Assembly (NCBI GenBank): GCA_002707785.1
Contig: PANW01000024.1
Coordinates: forward strand, 45,700-109,699
Reading direction: 5' to 3'
Length of the DNA stretch: 64,000 nt
From: Cellvibrionaceae bacterium
GTDB taxonomy: Bacteria > Pseudomonadota > Gammaproteobacteria > Pseudomonadales > Cellvibrionaceae
Shown here: positions 28,401 to 37,265 of the stretch, piece after piece
Layout of the letters: every line of letters begins with the position of its first letter
How positions within the stretch are numbered: position 1 is the first letter of the stretch
Position numbers and translations under genes: made by a program
Notes under the pieces: generated by a model
What the model was told of the DNA's origin: nothing
The model's database searches: none
Seen by the model: the letters and a program-made list of their open reading frames with translations, nothing else

Positions 28401-31049
28401 ATGTCTTTGAAGGGGCGAAACACAGTTAAATGGGTTTGTGGGGTAAGTGCAGCTTGTACGTTGCTGGTACTGCAAGCATGTACTGGGGGGGAGACTAGCT
28501 TGGGGTTGGTCTCCGGTACCGATGAAGAATCTGTCGATCTCGCGTCAGCCGATCAACTCACGCAGCAACAGGCATGGCCACAAGTTAATAATCGGCTGGA
28601 TAGTGTGTATTCGAAACAGCTGGAGGCGCGAGTCGCCACCTTGTTGTCGCAAATGAGTATCGAGGAAAAAGTGGGTCAACTGATTCAGCCAGAGATCAAA
28701 TACATCACGCCCGAACAAGTCAAAGAGTTTCACATAGGATCGGTCCTCAATGGCGGAGGTACGGCTCCGAATAATGACAAGTTTGCGCCAGTGTCTGAAT
28801 GGGTAGCATTGGCCGATGCCTACTACACGGCGTCTAAAGAAGGTAACTCGGCGGGCGTACCTCTGATCTGGGGCAGTGATGCCGTGCACGGTCATAACAA
28901 CGTAGTGGGGGCGACTTTATTTCCGCACAACATTGGTTTGGGGGCGGCTCGCGATGAAGATTTGATTCGTCGTATCGGTGTTGCCACGGCTAAAGAAGTC
29001 GCGGTAACCGGTATCGACTGGACCTTCGCGCCGACCGTTGCCGTGGTGCGCGACGATCGTTGGGGTAGAACCTACGAGAGTTACTCCGAAGATCCGGCGG
29101 TTGTAAAGCGCTATGCCAAGGCGATGGTCGAGGGATTGCAAGGCGAGGGCGATTCTGTGCTGGGAGCAGAGCAGGTGGTGGCTACGGCCAAGCACTTTCT
29201 TGGAGATGGCGGCACCTATCGCGGTATTGATCGCAGTGATACACGTGTGAGTGAAGACGAGCTGAGGGACATCCATGCCGCCGGTTTTATTGCTGCGTTA
29301 GAGTCGGGTGTGCAAACCGTAATGGCATCGTTCAATAGTTGGAACGGTGTCAAGATGCATGGTAATCCCTATCTGCTAACTCAAGTGCTAAAAGAGCGCA
29401 TGGGTTTCGATGGTTTTGTTGTCGGAGATTGGAACGGTCATCGTCAGGTACCGGGTTGCACCGTGACCAGTTGTGCGCAAGCGATCAACGCCGGTCTCGA
29501 TATGTTCATGGTGCCTAGTGATTGGCAAGAACTGTACGTCAATACATTGCAGCAGGCGCGCGACGGCGTCATTTCCGCTGAGCGTTTAGATGACGCGGTG
29601 ACCCGAATATTGCGTGTCAAAGTACGCGCCGGATTGATGGACAAGGGGCTGGTGTCTGAGCGATCAATGTCGGCTCAGCTAAATGTGATGGGCGGCGACG
29701 ACCATCGAAGGCTCGCTCGCGAAGCCGTGAGAAAATCATTAGTGCTATTGAAAAACAATCAGCAATTGCTGCCGCTCAAACCTCAGATGAATGTATTGGT
29801 GGCCGGCGATGGTGCCCACGATATTGGCAAACAAAGTGGTGGCTGGACTCTGTCATGGCAGGGAACCGGCAACAAGGTTGAGGATTTTCCTGGTGCCCAG
29901 TCCATCTTCGAAGGCATTGAAGCGACGGTCGATGATGCCGGCGGAAAAGCGGTGCTGAGTGTCGATGGTAGCTTTAGTGATAAACCTGATGTCGCGATTG
30001 TGGTGATCGGAGAAGAGCCTTACGCGGAATGGCATGGGGATGTGGCGTCTATTGAATATCAACACGGGCGCAAGAAGGATCTGCAGTTGTTGCAATCATT
30101 GCAGCAACAAAATATCCCTGTGGTTACGGTTTTCTTGTCGGGTCGCCCCTTGTGGATCAACAAAGAACTCAATCAGTCCGATGCGTTTGTGGCGGCGTGG
30201 TTACCGGGCTCTGAGGGTGCAGGTATTGCCGATGTTTTGTTTACTGATGCCGAAGCCAAGGTGCGCCATGATTTTGTTGGTAAGTTGTCGTTTACCTGGC
30301 CGCAGTTTGTGCATCAAACGGTTTTGAATCTTGGGGACGAAAACTATCAACCGCTGTTTGAATACGGTTACGGCTTAACCTACCAAGATCATCAGGAAAT
30401 GCTCGGACAGTTAACAGAAGAGTACACCTTACCGGAGTCTGGTGAAGTGGATGATGCCTGGCTGTTTGTGTCGCGAACTTTATCGCCCTGGCAGATGTTT
30501 GTTGCTGGTGAACGTGGTGAGCCCGTCGAAGTTACCGGTAATCGTCACAAGAGTGTCGATGAGATCATCAGTATCGCCTCGGTTGACAAAGAGTCACAAG
30601 AAGATGCGCGGGGCATTGTGTGGAACGGTGCAGGTGATGGTCGAGTCTACCTGCAGGCATCAACTCCACAGGACTTGTCGCTGTTCTCAGAGCGACAAGG
30701 CCAGTTGCAAATGGACATCAAAATTGATCGGGCACTTACAGACATTCTCTACGCCACTATGGACTGCGGTTCAGACTGCGATGCCCGTTTGGCGCTCAAC
30801 GATGTGTTCGCCGAATGGCAACCCGATGCATGGCACAATTTGGCCATTGATCTACAGTGCTTCGGCAGCGCTGGCGTAGATTTTTCTCAAATACAGAGTC
30901 CTCTGGGATTGCAAACTCGCGGTTCTCTGGCTGTCACTGTTGCCAATGTTAAAATACTCCCCGGTGAACACAGGGCACAAACTAAGGGTGATGAAGGGAC
31001 AGCAGATGGCTCTCGGCATCCTCAGTCGATCATGAGGTGTGAAGGCTAA
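28401..31049 (+). CDS. GH3 beta-glucosidase / exo-1,3/1,4-beta-glucanase lipoprotein with an extra C-terminal beta-sandwich domain
   Basis: Lipobox LQAC; motifs DAVHGH, RWGRTYES, KHFLGDG and GDWNG (nucleophile), and WLPGSEG. ATG at 28401 follows GGAG. Confidence 0.92.
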   Translation: MSLKGRNTVKWVCGVSAACTLLVLQACTGGETSLGLVSGTDEESVDLASADQLTQQQAWPQVNNRLDSVYSKQLEARVATLLSQMSIEEKVGQLIQPEIKYITPEQVKEFHIGSVLNGGGTAPNNDKFAPVSEWVALADAYYTASKEGNSAGVPLIWGSDAVHGHNNVVGATLFPHNIGLGAARDEDLIRRIGVATAKEVAVTGIDWTFAPTVAVVRDDRWGRTYESYSEDPAVVKRYAKAMVEGLQGEGDSVLGAEQVVATAKHFLGDGGTYRGIDRSDTRVSEDELRDIHAAGFIAALESGVQTVMASFNSWNGVKMHGNPYLLTQVLKERMGFDGFVVGDWNGHRQVPGCTVTSCAQAINAGLDMFMVPSDWQELYVNTLQQARDGVISAERLDDAVTRILRVKVRAGLMDKGLVSERSMSAQLNVMGGDDHRRLAREAVRKSLVLLKNNQQLLPLKPQMNVLVAGDGAHDIGKQSGGWTLSWQGTGNKVEDFPGAQSIFEGIEATVDDAGGKAVLSVDGSFSDKPDVAIVVIGEEPYAEWHGDVASIEYQHGRKKDLQLLQSLQQQNIPVVTVFLSGRPLWINKELNQSDAFVAAWLPGSEGAGIADVLFTDAEAKVRHDFVGKLSFTWPQFVHQTVLNLGDENYQPLFEYGYGLTYQDHQEMLGQLTEEYTLPESGEVDDAWLFVSRTLSPWQMFVAGERGEPVEVTGNRHKSVDEIISIASVDKESQEDARGIVWNGAGDGRVYLQASTPQDLSLFSERQGQLQMDIKIDRALTDILYATMDCGSDCDARLALNDVFAEWQPDAWHNLAIDLQCFGSAGVDFSQIQSPLGLQTRGSLAVTVANVKILPGEHRAQTKGDEGTADGSRHPQSIMRCEG

Positions 31050-32014
31050 TGCAGAACGTCTCTCGAACGATTTCCGCTCGCTCGATTCTGGTGTGGGCGG
31101 TGGCGGTACTTTTCAGTGGGGCTACTATTATCAATGGTCAGCCGTTAGCGTCTCCTCAGAACAGTTTTTTACCGCTCAGTATCGAGTCGATGGAGTTAGG
31201 TGGCGAGCGCCTTGCCGTCACGATTGATCCCTCGGTGGGCGGTCGTATCAGTTCGTTGCGCTATAAAGATCGACAGCTTTTGTTTTCCAAGCAAGACGCA
31301 AAGAATTCCAATAACTGGGGCTCTACTTTTTGGTTGAGTCCGCAACAGCTATGGGGGTGGCCGCCGATCGAACAGCATGACAGCGGGCCTTATCAAGTGT
31401 CGGAAATGCACGAAGACAGTGTTGCTCTGGTGAGTGACTGGGGCAAGGGCGCAAGAGTGAAGAAGCGCATGAGCGTTGATGCCGAGTACGATAATGTACT
31501 GCAGATGGATTACACCATCGATACTAAGGAGTCGTTCGAAGAGTTGGCCGGCTGGGAAATCACTCGGGTGCCTCGCCGCGGCTTGGTCTTCTATCCTGCT
31601 AGCGAGTCGTCGCTGGATGTGGTGATGGGCGCCGTGTCCTATCGCCACAATACCGAGGTGGTATGGTTTGACCTCAAGCCTGATGTTAAACCGCCCGAAG
31701 GCAAAATCAATGCAAATGGCGACGAGGGCTGGTTGGCTTGGGTAGAGGACGATCTTCTGTACTTGAAACTCTATCAGCCGGTAGCGCCGGAGCAGTTGGC
31801 TTCAGGTGAAGGTGATGTTGAGGTGTATTTTAGTCCGCGGTTAGACTACATAGAGCTAGAAGTGCAGAGCGCAGCGCAGGCACTCAAGCGCGGTGACCAG
31901 TTGAGTTGGCGAGTGACTTGGTTGGTCGAGGAGGTGCCTAACGATATTCCGGTTGCCGTGGGCAGTAAACCGCTGTTGGCCTGGGTGAGGCAGCAGGCTC
32001 AACAATTGCGTTAA
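31049..32014 (+). CDS. Secreted DUF4380/galactose mutarotase-like protein
   Basis: Signal peptide; GGRISSL, NWGSTFWLSPQ..WPP and YIELEVQ. TAATG overlap with GH3. Confidence 0.7.
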   Translation: MQNVSRTISARSILVWAVAVLFSGATIINGQPLASPQNSFLPLSIESMELGGERLAVTIDPSVGGRISSLRYKDRQLLFSKQDAKNSNNWGSTFWLSPQQLWGWPPIEQHDSGPYQVSEMHEDSVALVSDWGKGARVKKRMSVDAEYDNVLQMDYTIDTKESFEELAGWEITRVPRRGLVFYPASESSLDVVMGAVSYRHNTEVVWFDLKPDVKPPEGKINANGDEGWLAWVEDDLLYLKLYQPVAPEQLASGEGDVEVYFSPRLDYIELEVQSAAQALKRGDQLSWRVTWLVEEVPNDIPVAVGSKPLLAWVRQQAQQLR

Positions 32015-32266
32015 CAAAAATGAGTTGCTCACTGGCGTATTTGGGGCGGTGATTGATTTTCGTTTAATGCGGTGGTTGAAGCGAGATCTTGGCCTAGGTA
32101 GTATCAACACACATAACAATAATATGAGATGTCGACCGGCACTGCATTTGATGATCTTGAGCGGTGCATCTTGGCTCTATTCGTAATCACTGCGAATGAA
32201 GTCAGGGGTTCTTTGAGCTTTTTTATCGGGGAATAAAAACGGCAGCGAACATTCTCTGAGGGCTTA

Positions 32267-35068
32267 ATGAATAGGCGAGTGAAAAGGCTAGCGAAGAGGC
32301 GAAAGAGACCATCTCAGTCTTCTGCAGCACTTGTTGCGCTGTCGACCCTATTATTATGTCCGCAACTTCTGTATTCAGCCGCGCCCATCAATCCATCCAT
32401 GGCGACAGTGGCAAGTGATATTCCTACAAGCTCTACGATGAGCTCCGTCGTCTTTGAAATTCCCGCACTACCTCTATCTGATGCACTGCTGAGCTTTTCT
32501 CAACAATCCGGCGTCGCTGTATTGATGTCCTCAGATATTCAGGGGCAATGGCAATCGCAACCGTTGAAAGGCGAGTTTCCCCCGCTGCAGGCGCTTAGCC
32601 AGTTGTTGCATTCAACCGATCTCACCTATCGTCAGGTGGCTGACCAGAGTTTGGTGATTATCCCTAAGCCTGTGGTACACCAGCGTCGCCGCGCAGCCCC
32701 AGATCGGCAAGAACGCTATGTTTTGGAGGAGATTACAGTTACAGCGGGCAAGCGTGTCACGAATCTCCAAGATACCCCTATGACGGTGACAGCCTTCGAT
32801 TTCCACAATTTGCAGGATCTGCGAGTGACCAGCGTGTTTGATCTAGTGGATCAAGTGCCCAGCCTGCAATTGGTTCGCAATGGCGATCACACCGCTTCGA
32901 TGCTGTATTTACGAGGCGTAGGCGCTGACAATCCCACAGAAGCAGGAGATTCCGGTGTTGCCACACATGTTGACGGCATCTACAGCAGTCGCAGCCAAGG
33001 CACGGCGGTGCTGCTACATGACCTTGAGCAGATCGAAATACTGCGCGGGCCACAGGGGTCGCTATTTGGTCGCAATGCCACCAGTGGCGTGGTCAATTAT
33101 CACACGGTAAAACCACAGCCTCACTTTGAAAGCCGATTTGATCTGACGCTGGCTGATGATAACTATCGCTCACTGCAAGCGGTGGTCAATGTGCCAATGA
33201 CCGATAGCTGGTCTCTGCGCCTAGCGGCAGCGGTAGAGCAGCAAGACGGCCTGTTGGAATTTGCCACTGGATCTGCATCAAGCAGTGATGAAAAACAGTA
33301 CAACAATCTCGACTTATCCAGTTATCGATTGAGCTCTCTTTGGCAGCCCAGCGATGAGTGGAGTTGGTGGGCCAGTTACGAATATTACCAAAATCAAAGC
33401 AGTGGCAATTTTCCCGCGGTGGATTACGACACGCCTATTTTGATCGACACTGTGGGCGATACCGATTTGGATATGCACAGCGTGCGCAGTCGGTTTCAGT
33501 GGCAGATGACGCCGGATATCGAGGTTTCCTACATTCTGGGCTACACCGATATGGTCAGAGACCAGCTTTGGGATGGTGATGGTAATAGCCCTGTGGGCAG
33601 CGAAACTGATGCGGCTATTTACCATCAAAGCAATCATACCGTGTGGTCGGACTATCAATCCTGGCAGCACGAACTGCAATTCAAAAATGCGGATCACCAG
33701 CGTCTGCGTTGGTTACTGTCTTACTTTTATTTTGAGGAAGAGAGCGATATACGATTTGATCTTGAGCATCAGGATAGTACTGGTTCCGGTTGGGGCGGGG
33801 CGCCCTCACACAGTTATCAACAGCCACGACGTGGTTCGAAGTTCGAAGCGGTCTATGGTCAACTGCACTACGATCTGACTCGCGATTGGAGCTTATCGGT
33901 GGGGGCACGCAGTGGTACCGATCGTCGCTATGACAAGAAGGGTCGCAACATCGGCTGCCCCGATTTAATTCGCTCAGATCGCGCGGGCGAGCTCGGTGAG
34001 ATCGCCGTCAATGCTGACTCCGCCGCTTCCAATCAGTGTTTTGTTGCTAACTATAATGATGTCGACAAGCGTTGGCACAATACCACTTATATGGGGCGGT
34101 TAGAGTGGCGCGCCGATACAGATCTGTTGTTGTTCTTGATGATGGCAGAAGGCTTTAAGCCCGGGATTGTGCAAGATGGTGGCACTGTCGTGGGCAGCTA
34201 TAGCGGCGCCGAAGATGCCTCCTTTCAAAGCGCATTGGCGGATGTTATTCGCGTGAATAACAGCGGCGAAGGTGCTTACGTAGGCCCTGAAGAGAGTCGG
34301 AATTGGGAACTGGGTTTTAAGTGGCAAAGCTCGGAAAAGACCCTCACCTTAAACGGCGCACTCTTCTATACTGATTACGACAATCTTCAGGTTTCGCGAG
34401 TGACATTAAATGCCGATGGCAGCAAGGTCTTTCGCAGCGCCAATGCGGCGTCGGCAACCATCAAGGGGCTCGAGCTCGAACTCAATTGGTTGCCCGGTGC
34501 CTTTGGTGAACTTAAAGCCCATCTGTCTCTATTGGATGCCTACTACGACGATTTCATCAGTGTGGATACCAACTTTCCGGATCACGGCCAAACGTGGAAT
34601 CCCAGTGCTGGCGATCCCAATCAGCCTGAGTTAATGGATTTTAGCGGCAATCGCATGAAACAAGCGCCTAAATTTAGTGCAGGTCTTACCTACAAACACT
34701 TTTTTGAACCCCTAAATTGGGGGCGTTTTACGGCCACTCTAGGAGTCAACTACTCTGATGACGTGTATCTGAGTGAGGCCAATCGCGAGACGCGCAGCGG
34801 TCAATTGAAAGAGAACTCGACGGGCCTTTGGGTCGCCGATCCCAATGGTGCCGCCCAAGACATCGATGTGCAACCGGCCTATTGGCTATGGAATACCAGC
34901 GTCAGTTTCAAGCCACACAATATGAACTGGCGCTTGGAGGCTTTCGTTAACAACATTACTGACGAGTTGATCCGTTACGATGTTCATGCCACTGAAACAC
35001 CAGAACCCCTGTTCTATCTTGCCCCCCCGAGAACAATGGGAATGCGTATCAGCATGGATTTTCGCTAG
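32267..35068 (+). CDS. TonB-dependent transducer with an N-terminal STN signalling domain
   Basis: STN domain (FEIPALPLSDALLSFSQQSG..ALSQLL), TonB box LEEITVTA, LRGPQGSLFGRNA and a C-terminal barrel strand. Confidence 0.92.
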   Translation: MNRRVKRLAKRRKRPSQSSAALVALSTLLLCPQLLYSAAPINPSMATVASDIPTSSTMSSVVFEIPALPLSDALLSFSQQSGVAVLMSSDIQGQWQSQPLKGEFPPLQALSQLLHSTDLTYRQVADQSLVIIPKPVVHQRRRAAPDRQERYVLEEITVTAGKRVTNLQDTPMTVTAFDFHNLQDLRVTSVFDLVDQVPSLQLVRNGDHTASMLYLRGVGADNPTEAGDSGVATHVDGIYSSRSQGTAVLLHDLEQIEILRGPQGSLFGRNATSGVVNYHTVKPQPHFESRFDLTLADDNYRSLQAVVNVPMTDSWSLRLAAAVEQQDGLLEFATGSASSSDEKQYNNLDLSSYRLSSLWQPSDEWSWWASYEYYQNQSSGNFPAVDYDTPILIDTVGDTDLDMHSVRSRFQWQMTPDIEVSYILGYTDMVRDQLWDGDGNSPVGSETDAAIYHQSNHTVWSDYQSWQHELQFKNADHQRLRWLLSYFYFEEESDIRFDLEHQDSTGSGWGGAPSHSYQQPRRGSKFEAVYGQLHYDLTRDWSLSVGARSGTDRRYDKKGRNIGCPDLIRSDRAGELGEIAVNADSAASNQCFVANYNDVDKRWHNTTYMGRLEWRADTDLLLFLMMAEGFKPGIVQDGGTVVGSYSGAEDASFQSALADVIRVNNSGEGAYVGPEESRNWELGFKWQSSEKTLTLNGALFYTDYDNLQVSRVTLNADGSKVFRSANAASATIKGLELELNWLPGAFGELKAHLSLLDAYYDDFISVDTNFPDHGQTWNPSAGDPNQPELMDFSGNRMKQAPKFSAGLTYKHFFEPLNWGRFTATLGVNYSDDVYLSEANRETRSGQLKENSTGLWVADPNGAAQDIDVQPAYWLWNTSVSFKPHNMNWRLEAFVNNITDELIRYDVHATETPEPLFYLAPPRTMGMRISMDFR

Positions 35069-35234
35069 GACACTTCTGAAAAACGTCATTGCGAGTCGCG
35101 TAGCGACGCGGCAATCTATGGTTTAGTACTAGAAAACCATAGATTGCCAAGCTGGTTTGCTTGGCTTAATAGCCCCTACTTTTGGCGCTTGCGCTCTCAA
35201 TGACAAGCAACCTTGTTTTTCAGAGGTTCTCTAG
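35065..35234. mobile_element. MITE/REP-like palindromic element
   Basis: Imperfect terminal IRs (CTTCTGAAAAAC / GTTTTTCAGAGG) flanked by CTAG on both sides. Internal GTCATTGCGAG..CTCTCAATGAC and a perfect 15-bp IR GGCAATCTATGGTTT/AAACCATAGATTGCC. Confidence 0.65.
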
Positions 35235-35261
35235 CGGTAGGTACAAAAAATTTGTAATGGT

Positions 35262-35292
35262 GGGGGCGGATTGTCGCCGCACTCGCGTCTTA
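35262..35292 (+). promoter_or_regulatory. ECF-type promoter candidate for the sigma/anti-sigma operon (autoregulation)
   Basis: GGGGGCGGATT-N13-CGTCTTA. Confidence 0.6.
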
Positions 35293-35428
35293 GTCTTTAA
35301 GGCTCCGTCTATAACAACAAAAACGGGTCAGAAGAGCTCTATAATAAGTATAAAGAGGACAATTGAGAGGTGTCCCGTGAATAATCATAACAATACGAAT
35401 TCGACAAAGGTGTCTTCCCTTGAGAGCA

Positions 35429-35986
35429 ATGGCTAACTCAGTAATGGTGGAAGACGAGACGAATCTGGAAAGCCATTACCAGAAATATCAGCGCGAGCTC
35501 TGTCGCTACGCGGTGAATAAGTTTGGCTTGGGTTTTAGCGAGGCGGAAGATGTGGTTCAGGCTGCCTTCACTAAGCTCGCAATACATCAGCAATCGTCTT
35601 CCGAGATCATCGAGAACATACGAGCATTTTTGTATCGTTCCGTGCACAACGCGTGCATCGATCAGGCGCGGAGAAAAACCGTGCGCGATAATTACGTCGC
35701 CAGCCAGCAGGCACAAGGCGATTTGGACACAGATTTTCGCAGTCCTGAACGGGTGGTGTTAAGCCGCCAATTTATACAAATGGTTAATCATGCACTCTGG
35801 GCAATGCCAGGGAAAAGACGGAAATTGTTACTCATGAATCGACTAGAAGGCCTGAGCTACGCAGAAATTGCGAGACGAGAGGGCTTGTCTGAAACCGTTG
35901 TTCGTAAACACGTTGCAAAAGCGCTTGCAGATTGTCAAAAAGCGATGCGTTCCAAAGATAAATCCAATGCTGGAGAACACCTGTAA
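35429..35986 (+). CDS. FecI-like ECF sigma factor
   Basis: EAEDVVQAAF, AFLYRSVHNACID and GLSYAEIA..SETVVRKHV. Confidence 0.92.
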   Translation: MANSVMVEDETNLESHYQKYQRELCRYAVNKFGLGFSEAEDVVQAAFTKLAIHQQSSSEIIENIRAFLYRSVHNACIDQARRKTVRDNYVASQQAQGDLDTDFRSPERVVLSRQFIQMVNHALWAMPGKRRKLLLMNRLEGLSYAEIARREGLSETVVRKHVAKALADCQKAMRSKDKSNAGEHL

Positions 35987-37011
35987 TGTCTAGCGTTGAG
36001 TTTGAAACCGAGAGAATCGAAGCGCAGGCGCGAGACTGGTTTATGCTGCAACAAGAGCGCTCGTTAACCGATGATGAGCGGGTGCAGTTCACCGCTTGGC
36101 TGGAGTCCGATCAGCAGCACAGTCAATCCTATCAATTGTTGGAGAATATCTGGCAAGGGTTGGGGGAGGTTGATCTGGATGTCTCTCAATCTGAGAATAC
36201 TGAAAGCTCTGCGTCGTTAATCGATCGGTGTTCCTCTTTCTTGAGCGGTCTATTGTCTCCGGTTTTTGCAGCTCCGAAATACGCCGGTGCGGCATTTGCT
36301 ACAGTGTTATTGGTCTCGATGTTATGGTTTTCCGGTATGACACCGGATTATCCTCAAGAGTATCAAAGCACCATCGGCGAGCTACAGACACTCGCGCTTG
36401 ATGACGGAACCACGGTTACCTTAGGGGCTGATTCCCAACTCGAATTCGAATCGTTCGACAATCGTCGTATGGTGCGATTGATCAAAGGGCAGGCCTTCTT
36501 TGATGTTGCTAAAGATCCACAGAAACCCTTTTATGTAGATGCAGGAAAAGCGGGTGTGATGGTCGTTGGTACGCGCTTTGAGGTGTATAAACAGTTAGGC
36601 CGCGTCAAGGTTTCGGTAGAAGAGGGCATTGTTAAGGTGGCTCCATCGGTAACCGCAGATTTCACTGCCGGCAAGGTGAAAACCGTTACTGCAGGTGAGC
36701 GAGTTTCCGCGACCAATCAAAGCTTAGGAAGTGTTGAAGATATTGATCAAAATTCAGTGTCGCCATGGAGAGAAGGCCGCTTGGTTTATCGCGATGCTGT
36801 GTTGTCGGATGTGGTATTTGATATCAATCGCTATCGGCAATCAAAAATTGTGCTGGGAAGCGACTCACTGAAAAAACTCAAGGTCACTACATCACTATCG
36901 GTCGATCAAACTGATTCGGTAGTGACAATGCTGGAGCAATCACTGCCCGTTGTGGCGCATCAAGAAACTAAAGATCGAATACTGATTTTGCCGAAAAGCT
37001 CTCTCTTGTAG
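35986..37011 (+). CDS. FecR-like anti-sigma/transducer
   Basis: QARDW, FTAWL, one TM, LDDGTTVTL, GQAFFDV, VVGTRF and WREGRL. Confidence 0.92.
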   Translation: MSSVEFETERIEAQARDWFMLQQERSLTDDERVQFTAWLESDQQHSQSYQLLENIWQGLGEVDLDVSQSENTESSASLIDRCSSFLSGLLSPVFAAPKYAGAAFATVLLVSMLWFSGMTPDYPQEYQSTIGELQTLALDDGTTVTLGADSQLEFESFDNRRMVRLIKGQAFFDVAKDPQKPFYVDAGKAGVMVVGTRFEVYKQLGRVKVSVEEGIVKVAPSVTADFTAGKVKTVTAGERVSATNQSLGSVEDIDQNSVSPWREGRLVYRDAVLSDVVFDINRYRQSKIVLGSDSLKKLKVTTSLSVDQTDSVVTMLEQSLPVVAHQETKDRILILPKSSLL

Positions 37012-37085
37012 TTGTAGTAGTTGTAGTTGAATGTGAAGATGAAGTGATTAGGTGTTGTTTTTAAGATTCTCGTCCTGTTCATTAT

Positions 37086-37110
37086 GCCCGGCACTGCCGG
37101 GCTTTTTTTT
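37086..37110 (+). terminator. Intrinsic terminator after fecR
   Basis: Stem GCCCGGCA/TGCCGGGC followed by T8. Confidence 0.8.
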
Positions 37111-37169
37111 GACTATCAATAATTGTTTTCAGTCAGCGAATCTCTATGTCCCTAAAAAAAGACAAACAA

Positions 37170-37200
37170 GGGGGTTGGTTGCCGATCATAATCCGTCTCA
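37170..37200 (+). promoter_or_regulatory. ECF-type promoter candidate for the second TonB receptor
   Basis: GGGGGTTGGTT-N13-CGTCTCA, located just after the terminator. Confidence 0.55.
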
Positions 37201-37265
37201 TGTTCAAGCGTCTGAAATCAAGGGTGTAAACCGACGTGAAAAAAATAATAGACGGAGGAGTCAAA

